Below, piece by piece: positions 52,787 to 64,000 of a stretch of 64,000 nucleotides of DNA (position 1 is the first letter of the stretch; each line of letters begins with the position of its first letter). The stretch is from Ruditapes philippinarum (lineage: Eukaryota). Under the pieces are notes generated by a model. The model saw nothing but the letters and a program-made list of their open reading frames with translations. It was not told where the DNA came from and did not search any database. A program made the translations under genes and the position numbers. Location of the stretch: positions 1 through 64,000 of the forward strand of contig NW_026859677.1 of the NCBI RefSeq assembly GCF_026571515.1, in the 5' to 3' direction.

Positions 52787-53052
52787 ATTTTAGGTGGGGC
52801 GAATCGTCACTAAATTGGGACGAATCGTCACATCGGCGAATCGTTACCCTGTTACCGACAAATTTTATAAACAAATCTTCAAAAATTTATCACACGGGTG
52901 GCTCAGTTTCATAAAGTCTTTCTTATTAAATCGAAAATGAATTTTAAAAATGTTAATTTTAGGTGGGGCGAATCGTCACGGTGACGAATCGTTACCCTGT
53001 TACCGACAAAAAATCTTCAAAAATATATCACACGGGTGGCTCTGTTTCATAC
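52787..53052. repeat. two-copy direct repeat (~170-bp spacing)
   Basis: ttttaggtggggcgaatcgtcac...gaatcgttaccctgttaccgacaa...tatcacacgggtggctc occurs twice. Confidence 0.75.
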
Positions 53053-53432
53053 AGTAGTTCCTATTTAATCGAGGAAACTTAAAATTACTAAAGAACTTAC
53101 AATTTCTTCATGTCTGTATCAATTAAGGTGCACCATCAATTAACGAAATGACGGAAGTCGAATCAACTGACCTCAATGACCTGTCACGTGATTCGATCGC
53201 GCATTGATATTTTTTCTGTACACAGCACAAATTTACTGTAATTTTCGATATCATGATACATTTCAAAATGCATGGTAACCCTCCTGTAATGAATGAAGGT
53301 ACGGATGTTTTAACTTGTTACCGACCATACAGAACTATTTACTACGTGCATGAAATTTCAGCCGAAATTCGGTTCGCCGTAAGCGTCAAATGTAGCTTAT
53401 AACTTTGGGCCGCTCTGCGCAAGCGCAGCGAC

Positions 53433-55095
53433 CAGGGGCGTAACTAGGCGTACTCCTGTACGCCCGTGCGTACAAATCAATCCTGTGTTCAAAAAAATCA
53501 CATGCGCTAAAAGTTCTAAAAAAGTGATAAAAACATAGGGGGTAGTGTGGTCGGGGCACATACAGGCCTACTGACTCTTTCGACTTAATCATTATATAAA
53601 TATTTCATAACATTTACAGTATAAATTAATATCTTTTAAAAATGATCTATATTGTGATATATTGTACAGATTCAACGGAGGAAAGTTATGAAAAGCTTAA
53701 GGTGTCTTGTTCAGAACCTATTCTTGGCCGAGATATTCCCCTAGCATTGGCTTGGTGGCCTGTTTAAAATTGCGCAACGTGCTTATTTGGCGCGCAGGTC
53801 GCCCGCAATTTTTCCCCAACTTTTTACTATTCCCGTATCGGCCCTTTTGTGTCCTCTTCTGCTTTTGGTTGGGTGCCTTCTGGGTGCCCTGCTTGTTTGG
53901 CTGGATTGTGTAGGGGGCTGAGTTCTGCCAACGTAGCCTTGAATGTTTTATTTTTAATTTCATCTTTTAAACACGTAACAAATTGGTGTAATTTCTCAAT
54001 GGCATATTAATCAATTGATTGATAGAATTACTTTGCCGTGCCAAAAAGGGCAGACACATACAAAGAATGTACTCTTCCTTCTCAATTTTATGCAGTTATT
54101 TAAAAGAATAGTAATATTCTAAAATAAGTTCTTGAGATTACATTTATTGTTCTCTGTGGTCAGCAAAACATTGCGATGAGTCATCAAGAAAGTTACATCA
54201 TTATTAAAGTCGTACATGCATATATCTGCTTATGAATTTACTTTATCACAAACGTTCTTAAATGAGTCCTTTAATGTATTCACATGATCCACATAATCTA
54301 TGTGATATTCAACAATTTTTAATTAATTTACTGACATTTCTGTTAGGAGATTTTGAAATATCTTTGCATGTAATATAACGTGTAATATAACGCGTTTTTT
54401 ATATATACATGTATTGTAATGTATTAATGAAATATTTAACAGTCCAAAACAGTCACTGAACTTAATCACAATTTTCACAACATGATAGTTTTTAAATTAA
54501 TATATTGTTACAACAGTTGCTACTTATGAAGGTGCAAAATGACAGTTTTTCCTCAGAGAGCATTGGGCATTGTGTGAATATATTCATCTTTGTCGAGAGT
54601 CTCGGCGTTAGCTGTGGCTTATGTCATGGACTAACGTGAATTTGACAATTCCGTCCAGCGGATTCGGCTTTTCTAAAGAAAGCAAGGCTCTGTACCCAAA
54701 CATGACATATAATCAGTTCAATTAAAACAAACGCTTGCTTTAGTTTTCGACGTTTCTAGCGTTTTTTTTTATTTAAAATTTACTGAATACGGGAGATTCG
54801 TAGCTATAACATCAGTTTGAAAGTCGCAAAATGACATTTTTTTCTGCGAAAAAAATCGATTATAAATATAAAAAAGTTCTATGGTATATATGTAACGTAC
54901 TTGTTCATTTTACCTATTTTAAAATTAACAAAAAGAGTTTGAAATCATTACCAATATGTTGTCAATATAGCCTCTAGATAGTCACAAAATGCCAGGATAT
55001 CGCTTCCTCTTTCAAAAAAATTTCTCGGGGGGGAGCATGCCCCCGAACCTCCCCAGTTAAGGAGTACATACCAAAAAAGCTCAGTTACGCCCCTG
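53433..55095. mobile_element. non-autonomous hAT-like element with a 5-bp TSD
   Basis: 13-bp TIR caggggcgtaact / agttacgcccctg; TSD gcgac at 53428-53432 and 55096-55100. Confidence 0.82.
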
Positions 55096-55404
55096 GCGAC
55101 CCAACAACAACAACAGAAATCAAATTCAAGGACAGATAATTCAAGGTCGATGATCACAAGATCATGCAACGTTAAAATAGATTCTGCTATGTAGTTTTCA
55201 GTCTGCTATGCATCTACATGTATATGCAACCCTAGCGTACGCCTGCAAATCACATGGCATTTTGCATATTAGCGTTCATTAACTAAAATGTGTTTGTATA
55301 GTTAGTTATGCGACGCTTAGATTATTATCATATTTTATCATATTTGATTGGGTAGTTTAAATATTACCTTATAAACGTGTTAAAAAAGAAATTCAAAAAC
55401 AAAA

Positions 55405-58400
55405 ATGGCGGATATCAGTATTATAATATCTAAAGTTTTTCTTCTTAACTTGTGCATTTTTCTTCATTCTGCAAGAGGTAAGTGCTGATCAACATATCTG
55501 TATGTTTTTTTTTTTTAAATCTTATTTTTGTAAGGTTGCATACGTTGTTATGAATGTTGTTGTTTTTTTGTTGTTGTTCATTCTGTTTGCATAGTGAAAT
55601 CGCATTTTTTTATTTAAATTTTCGTTTTTTTTTATTTAATCAATGTGTAATATGTAGGTTTAACGATCTTAAACATTAGTATCCATTTTACTCACAAACT
55701 TTATGAAATAATTAAGTAGTGAGATGGCAATCAAATTACTCTAAAAGTAAAATTTGAATTTTATTTATAGATTTGCTCTCTATTGTTACCAAGTACCGCG
55801 CGTAAAATTAATTATTATATATATACCGCGTAAAATAATTAACTATGAACGGTGTTCCGTTAGGGCCATCGCCTATAGAAAAAGTATGCATTTAATTAAG
55901 AAGTCTTCAGTGCCTGCAGAATTTATATTTATTGCATAAGGCTAGAACTATATGCTAACCATTTTACTAACGATTGATCTAGCATATCTCAATACACTTA
56001 ATTATCATACGTGCCTGACTTTTTCCTTTGAATTATCGTGCTTTCCATGCTTTCTTTTCAAAATTATCATACTTTCTAAAACATCATAATTGTGTCCTCT
56101 AAAATATCATATTTTCTTTGTTTTGTCAGATATTGCCATGATTGCATGACTTCATATTCATAATTATCATTCTTGCATTGATAAAAGCTTTAGTTAATCA
56201 TTCCTTTTTATTAATCTCCCAAATTATCAAATTGCATATCATTAACTTCTTAATTCTCATACTTTTAACCTTATAGTTCTTTTACTTGCATTTATTTATC
56301 TTTTGGTCAATCATGCGTTCTTATAAATATCATAACTGCATGCTTAAATCGTACTTAGTATCATACTTGCATGTTTTATTGTAATCTTTCACGTCCTTTC
56401 TGTGTTTATCTTTCAAATTATCATACTTCCATGGTCGTACCCTATAAAGTTCAGTGCTTGCATGGCTTTTTATATGTATTTTCATACTTGCGTTGCATAA
56501 TTATATTAATTATGAAACTTGCGTTACTTGTGTGTCCTCCCTTTGTGACAATCATTTTTGACTATGTCACATAAATAAGTATAAATGACTGGCTGAATCC
56601 TGTCAATTAATTTATCAATAAATAACTTGTGCATGGCTTTATCCTATGATTTATCATACTTGCATGGCAGAGCCACGTTACCACTGTAAACAGATACTCT
56701 TTAGCTACATTCCTGTCTGTACAGGCCTTATGTTCTCATGACAATAATGAACATATGAGTTGTCATGCATGCATGACTAAATATCCTCTAAAATATTATC
56801 CGTGCACAGCGGCTCGGGTTATATATGCAAGCAACCGTTTATATATAACCACATGACCTGTCAAAATCTATATAGCTAATAATATATATTGATTTAGTAG
56901 GTTTATGATACTTTTTGAAAGGGGCCATATCAAAGAATTGGTGCGAAACGTTTGAATATTACTCCCTTGACATAAAAAAAGAAAATATATTAAATATTTT
57001 TTTGTTTATTCGGTTATGTACGTCGATTTGATTTGATGAAGGTATGAAACATAGCTCTATTGGGTTATGAAGCCAGCGGATTAAATAATCCGACGGTTTA
57101 TAGTAACTTGGTTTGATAGATATAAATACATATACATGCGCCCTTCAAGGAATAAAATAACATTTCCCGGTGCATGATTTGTACATAGTTGTGGATTTTA
57201 CAATCGTCAACTTATTAAAATTGTGGAGTTATATCGCAAATTAAGCTTAAAAAGTAAAGAGTCAAAATTTATCATTAATATATTCCTCCTCAAACACATC
57301 GTCGGATACCCACGATTGATAAACATGTCACATAACATGCAATCAGATAAATGTTAATGGTTCGGCCGTGGGTATCCGACGATGAGGTGAAAGAGACCCA
57401 GTTTGAAAAGGCATTATTATATAAGAAAAGTAGAAAACATCATTGCAGACGCGTTTTTTTTTTCTTTTCTTTTTTTAAGAGCACAGAATTTTTATCAACG
57501 AATTCAGCCCCCATATTTCATCAATACAACAAATTTAATACATTATGCACGTAATAAGCAAACCATGCTTTTAATATTCCACAGAGACTTAACAAATTAA
57601 TCATATTTTAAATGACAATATTTTGTAATATGTAATACAACATTATATTTATTTAAATATTACATTACAAAGAACATTATTTCATTATGAACATGTCGAT
57701 ACAATTGAAAATGGCAAGAGTTTTAGTATTGAAGCATATCTGATTTCAAATCATACTGTTTATCTTATAATCTATTAAACACTTTTACATTCCAAACATT
57801 AATCAAAATGTTTCGCATTATGTGATATCAACGAAATTGAAACCGAATTTCATTTTATGTTTAAATCTAAATCGTATAAAGAATTGCGAACTAATTAATA
57901 TATCAAACAAAATTGTATAAATTGCTCGAGTTAAGCAATGAAATGAATGCGTTCTAATTTATCTATGTATATTTATTATCTCAGCCGATGAAAAAAATCT
58001 TCTCTTGGGCAGAATATTGTTACTTTTGTCTTTAAGCATGTACCTTGAATAAGGTAACTTATTAATCTATTGAATGCATGTTTATTTTAGGAGATTCGTT
58101 TAGTTTATCATCGAATCAACAGGGCTTGAAGTTAAGAGACGATGGAGGCCGGGTAGAAAGATCTACAGGGTGTTCTGATGACGGTAAATTTATAGAATAC
58201 GAGCATGCGTGGTTATTCTGTCTAACCACAAACTCAAAGAAAAAAAATCTAGAATGAGACTTTTTAAAAAATGCTGTTTAAAGATTTTGAATTGGAAGAG
58301 ATTAGTCTTTACCACCAGAATAGAGCGAGGCCAGCCCAAATGTCCGTGCAGCGTGACCAAGCTCTTTACTGCTGGTAGCTTAATTTTTCGGACTAAGTCT

Positions 58401-61400
58401 GTCTGAGATCGGTTTGACTTCCTGAAAAACTTACAGGGAAGAACTGACTTCTAAAAGGATTTTCATCAGTCATTTTAAAATTGCTATCTGAAATCCGGGA
58501 ATCTCATTGGCCATCCTATAATTAGAGTAATAATCTAAACGATCTTTCTGACACGTATAAACGTTCAATTTATAAAAGAACCTAAAGGAGTATCGGAAGC
58601 ACAGTTTCTTGTAAAATTCCTCGGATATTTGAGATCCCGTAAATTCAAGTGCATACCGAAAGACACCATGCAAGTAAAAGCAGTTTTACCGTTTACGGTA
58701 TGTTTTTAAAGACAGAAGCTACTTCTTACTGTACTTTAACATTGAAATCCCTTAACCTTTACAACTTGGACGCCAACGGTTTTTCAAGTAGTGCAAACCT
58801 GTAAAAAGATTATTCTGCAGGTGTATTATTAACATTCATAATTACTTCATAATACTTAGTCGCATTATATTGTACGATAAAATCTAGATCGTAAAATGTA
58901 AAGGAACACTATGATTCTTTTTTTATTCTGTCTCATTTTAAACTGCAGTTATAACACATTTAATGTTTGTAATCAAGTACATGTAGAAGGTCTTACGCTT
59001 TATCATTTTTTATCTTTAAAAGATAACTCACAAAAACCGGTAAATCGAATATTTAAAAGAAATAATTATGGAAACTAAGTTTCGATGTGGTCTTAATAAG
59101 ATAAAACACTTGATTAAAAAAAGAAAGAATGGCTAGATAAACATAACCTGTCCCATTTTACACACACCGTGTCAATCTCGTTGAAATACAACCATTTTAT
59201 CAGTCGCAACTTTTCGACTCTTTCCGTTAATCTTCGGATAAGATAATACGTTCCGATTGCAATTTTAGCTCATTAAGGCACCCATGCTTCGTGGAAAGTG
59301 ACTTTAATACGACGTTTCGTTTTGACAATCGTGATCTTTTAATTAGTCTGTACCCGCGATGCACGATGGTACGATGGTGAAAACTTTAAACATGACTATT
59401 TCAGGATAAAATATTTCAGATCATTTTACTGTAACAAAATACCAAAGATATAAGTTTTTGAGACATAGAACAAGTAGCATTTCCGAGGAAAAGTGGACCT
59501 TCAAGAGCAGGCTGGATGTGTATCCAATGAAAAATGTAGCACTAAATTTGAACGTTTTTGTCAAAAAAGTAACAAAATGTAAAAAGACTTTTTAACTTCC
59601 ATACAAAGTAATAAATCACTGTAACTGAATGATTTTGCAAAAGTCAAGAAAGCAACATATTCAGATAACTTGCGAACGAGTAACTTTAAAAGCACATTAT
59701 GCTTCAGAAATGCTACTTATTCTATTTCTCAAAACCTATAATTTTTGGAATTTTGTAACAGTTATCAAAGTAATACTCATTTACCATATACATGGACTAT
59801 CTCTTTATATAAAGGTCTGTTAGCAATTTTTATAATAATAGTGAATTAGTCTTTTGTATGGAAGTAAAAATACTACTTTGTTTGTTTACATTTTGCTACC
59901 TTTTTGACACATTTCTGTACGTTCAGCGATACTTGCTTCAGTTACCAAGCTCTAATTCAATTATTTATTGACACTATCAAATTTTACATTTCTAGTATTT
60001 AGAAATATTGATTTCTGAAGCATAATGCGACTTTTACAGAATGACAAAAGAAAAAAGTATCTGAGAAATGAAATAAAAGCATTTGTCTGACTTATTGGGC
60101 CTTTAATGTTTCAATTTCTATTATACTGAGATAGTTAAATGAAATGAGTTAAGTCTATTATTAAGTGCATATTTCTTTTCAGCAAAACAACTTAAAGCGG
60201 TTCCAAATTATGCGGATATGTACGGAGGAAGAATTGTTGATCTTTCTGGTCCATGTTTCGCGACAGTCAAATCGGCATATTGCCAGTTCAAAAACGTATG
60301 TTAACAGTTCTTCTTTGCAAACATGTTGTTGCCGTTACAGTTACATTTAAGGCCGCAGCAGTTACTGCTGATGCAGCAGTTACCGTTGCTACTGCAGTTA
60401 CCAATGCTGCTGTAGTTACAGTTTCTGCTATAGTCACCGTTGCTGATGCAGTTACCTGTAGTTGCTACAGTTAAAGCTGCTGCTGCAGTTACTGTTGGGC
60501 TTGTAGTTACCATTGCTGCTGTAGTTACCATTGCTGCTGTAGTAACCGTTTGTTGCTGCAATTACCGTTGCTGTTGTAGTTACCGCTGCTGTTGCAGTTA
60601 TCGCTGCTGCTGTAGTTACCGCTGCTGCTGCAGTTACCGTTGCTGCTGTAGTTACCGTTGCTGCTGCAGTTACCGTTGCCGGTGTTGTTACCGTTGCTGA
60701 TGTAGTTACCGTTGCTGCTTAAGTTACCGCTGCTGATGCAGTTACCGTTGCTGCTTTAGTAAACGTTGCTGCTGTAGTAACAGCTGCTGCTGCAGTTACT
60801 GTTGCGACTGTAGTTACCATTGCTGCTGAGGTTTCCATTCCTGCTGTAGTTACAGCTGCTGCTGAAGTTAAACGGTTGCGACTGTAGTAACCGAAGCTGA
60901 CGTTGTAACGGTTGCTACTGAAGCTACTGATGCTGCTGTAGTTACCGTTGCTGCTGTTGTAACGACTGCTGATGCAGTTACTGTTGCTGCTAGAGTTACC
61001 GTTGCTGCTGTAGTTAACATTGCTGCTGTAGTTACCGTTGCAACTGCAGTTACCGTTGCTGATTAAGTAAGTGTTGCTGCTGTAGTAAGTGTTGCTGTAG
61101 TAGTTACCGCTGTTGTTGAAAGTACTGTTGCTGCTGCATTTACCGTTGTTGCTGCATTTACCGTTGTTGCTATAATTACTGTTGCTGCTGCAGTTATCGT
61201 TGCTGCTGAAGTTACCGTTGCTGCTATAATTACTGTTGCTGCTGTAGTTACCGTTGCTGCTCTAGTTACTGTTACTGCTGTAGTTACCGTTGCTGCTGTA
61301 GTAACTGTTGCTACTGTAGTTACCGCTGCTGCTGTAGTTATCGTTTCTGCTGCAATAACCACTGCACTGTAGTTACCGTTAATGCTGTAGTTACCGTTGA

Positions 61401-63187
61401 TGCTGTAGTTAGTGTTGCTGCTGCTGTTACCGTTGCTGTAGTAGCAACCGCTGCTGCTGTAGTTTCTGTTGCAGCTGCGCTGCTGCTGCAGTTCTCGTTG
61501 CTGCTGTAGTTACCATTGCCGCTGTGGTTACTGTTGCTCCTGCAGATACCGTTTCAACTGCAGTTATTGCTGCTACAGTAGCTACCACTCCTTCAGCAGT
61601 TTCTGTTGCTACTGTAGTTACCGCTGGTGCTGTAGTTACTGTTGAGATTTAGTAACCGTTGCTGCTTTAGTAAACGTTGCTGATGTAGTCATTGTTGCTT
61701 GGGAAGTTACCGTTGCTGATGTAGTTACCGTTGCTGATATATAGTTACCGTTGCTGATCGCGATTCAAATAATAGTCCTCATCATACATAAATAATTTCT
61801 GTCGATCTTATAAACCATGAGTTAATTCCACTTAGTTAAAAACCTACAGGATAATGTTGTGATTTGGTTGGCAACAGGTTGTAAAATGCGATGTTTTCCA
61901 AAGCTGTTGTGTTAGGCGGAACCATTAGGTAATAACAGCGGTAATAACACTGGAACAAAATTCAGGGGGGGGGGGGATATTCAATTAGCCGTAGCAAATA
62001 TGAATATGACGAAACAATATTAAAGAGACGCTATTTCCTTACCAGAAAAGTTATTGGGAGTTAAATAGTGTGCATCTGACATACAAATGATGCATAAATT
62101 ATTTTAATATCCTCTGAATTGACTTATTATAAAACTAGAAATAGGATGTATAAATGTACATGTTACAAAATACTTGCAAAAGATAGTTATATTGTCAGTG
62201 AAATATTAAAACTTTGCTTTATCACATACCCTTTGCAATTTTTGCGTTCTTTTCAGCCACATGACGGCGTAGTCCTGGCGAATCAGAAAGCTGTAGGCGA
62301 TATAAGCAGAACAAATGTCCGGTGTATGGTGCCTAGACTTCTAGTACGTGACCGCGTGATTTTAAGTGTTTCAACGGACAATAAGACAACCTACCCATAC
62401 AGTACGAACTTCACTATTGGTAAGGGATGAATTCATATTCAAATTAAGACCTTCATAATTTAAAAATTTCGAGTATCAGCATAACAAAATTAAAATAGAA
62501 TTACAAACGCAGTGTGCAACTGTAGTAAGATTTGTTTAAATTTAGTTTTAAATTTTATTTAAAGGGACTTTACTGCGGGTTTTTTAATATGACGAGATTG
62601 GAAATATTTTTCGGAAATTAATTTTCCATGTGATGTAGGTATAGACCAATAATTTATTCGAATAATTTCGAATGTTTGCTCTCTTCGTTTTTTCCTAAAA
62701 ATTATTTAAATTGAGAAAAATGGCCCTAAATTGAAAAGCGTTACCACGCCTTTTTGCTTAAAAAAAGCAAAAAATACGGTGTTTAATATTTCTTAAATAT
62801 CTTTTGCAAATCTTACTATTTTTAATGTTCAGGCTGATCTATGGAATTCATTTTTTTGATGTTTTAGGTTTTATAAAAATACAGTGGTCATCGCTGTAAA
62901 CATCCCTAGACATCTCTTTGAGAAATAAACGTGAAAATATTTCTGGGGCATAATGGACCTTTAAAGTTCCATGTGTCGCTATAGCAGCAGAACTACAATT
63001 GTATTCTATTTCTGATCTTGCTTCAGTTTTTCCCAGAAGAATACCACCCTCAGTGAAGCCTGTAGGGGAATGGTTATTTCACAATGCAACTGTTCTAAGT
63101 CTTAAATGGAATTATACATTGCTCACCAACGACCAAAATTCTCTGGTTGACATACGACTCATTGGTTTCAAGGAGAGTGATGGAAAA
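55405..63187 (+). CDS. Mesh/SUSD2-like protein, tandem copy 2 (5' part; exons 1-5; continues past the window end)
   Basis: Exons 55405-55477, 58091-58183, 60183-60295, 62257-62419, 63027-63187. All are open, with splice sites and phases identical to copy 1; introns also align. Confidence 0.88.
60332..61757. repeat. 18-bp minisatellite (gttaccgttgctgctgta)n in intron 3 of copy 2
   Basis: About 1.4 kb degenerate array; absent from intron 3 of copy 1. Confidence 0.92.
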
Positions 63188-64000
63188 GTATAATTTTACC
63201 ATATTTTAGTTCATATGCAACTCATCCGTGCACTTCACAAGTATTATTCCATTTTCGTCAAATAAAATTACCGATTTTATGATTTTGTAAAACCTTAATC
63301 AGAGGTCACGTGTTGCTACTTTACCGCTCGTATGTGAATGATGTTTTGCTTTACTCGTTGAACAGATATGCGCTGTGCCGTACATGTTCACTGTCTTGCC
63401 AAAACAGAAACTTTTAATAACACGTTTTTGGAACACTCTTCCAAGACCCAGTGGTTGGTATAAATGAAAACAAAATAAAAAAAATTATTGTCGAAGGTGT
63501 GCCGAGCAAGCTAGATAAGACGATCTCTAGGACCATCCACTTCCACAAAGTCAACATATTGAATCAGTCCTACGCAATCTGACTAAAGTTCAGATCTACT
63601 TATTTCTGTTAGGTAGATCTGATGACAACCGAATATGCTTCGCCTCTTTATCCGATAAAGTTATTTTAGCCATGCAATCAACCGTTTGTTTTGCCAGTTT
63701 ACCTGTCGGCTATATGGACAATGCCATGTTTGTTCTCAAAACCCTCAGTATTGGTTTTCCCAAGGTTAACATTAGAAACCACATCGCTTTCAAAATTGTG
63801 AAAGCTCGCCGCTGATTGGCTGTGTGAAAGGTCACCAGAAATGATTTAGTATTTGGTCACGGTTAGATCTTAAAGCAGAGCATTATTTATAGCTGAATTT
63901 TATTAGTGTGCAGTCCTACGCTAAATATTTTCAAAGGACGCCTGTCTATCTTTTAATCTGGACACAGCCATTCACCATTAAATTTTGTTTTTTTTTTTAA

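Larger units (their letters stand above)
41600..55102 (-). mobile_element. large Helentron-like insertion with nested elements, upstream of copy 2
   Basis: Absent from the homologous site (~590-645). SubTIR gggtcgcttgcgct at ~41655; other end gggccgctctgcgcaagcgcagcgaccc hairpin/subTIR once the nested 53433-55095 element is removed. Confidence 0.62.

Noticed and set aside
60440-60700. Cys-rich ORF (RCCCSY)n resembling metallothionein or keratin-associated protein
   Set aside because: It is an alternative reading of the intronic 18-bp minisatellite, with no gene structure, and is absent from the paralog.

Overview
AT-rich, intron-rich animal genomic DNA. The repeat families suggest a bivalve mollusc, but this is an inference. 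The main feature is a complete 17-exon, 848-codon + strand gene (1030-29213) for a Mesh/SUSD2-like type I membrane protein: signal peptide, IPT/TIG-like region, AMOP, VWD, sushi, TM helix and short tail. It has no NIDO or somatomedin-B domain, and GQGH replaces the GDPH autocleavage motif. A tandem paralog starts at 55405; exons 1-5 are in the window and it runs off the end. The paralog acts as an internal empty-site control for many insertions. Mobile elements: (1) a degenerate PAT/DIRS-type tyrosine-recombinase retrotransposon with split direct repeats in intron 15; (2) a degenerate Harbinger (Myb-like + HARBI1-like) interrupted by a KolobokP-like composite transposon, which carries a DDE transposase, a His-Cys-box/His-Me-finger nuclease pseudogene missed by the ORF track, long direct repeats and a TGAC TSD; (3) a ~13.5 kb Helentron-like insertion with nested satellite-bearing HINEs and exon-like cargo, about 300 bp upstream of the paralog's ATG; (4) several MITEs and SINEs. 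No CRISPR, rRNA or convincing tRNA gene was found. All coordinates and translations were read by hand.
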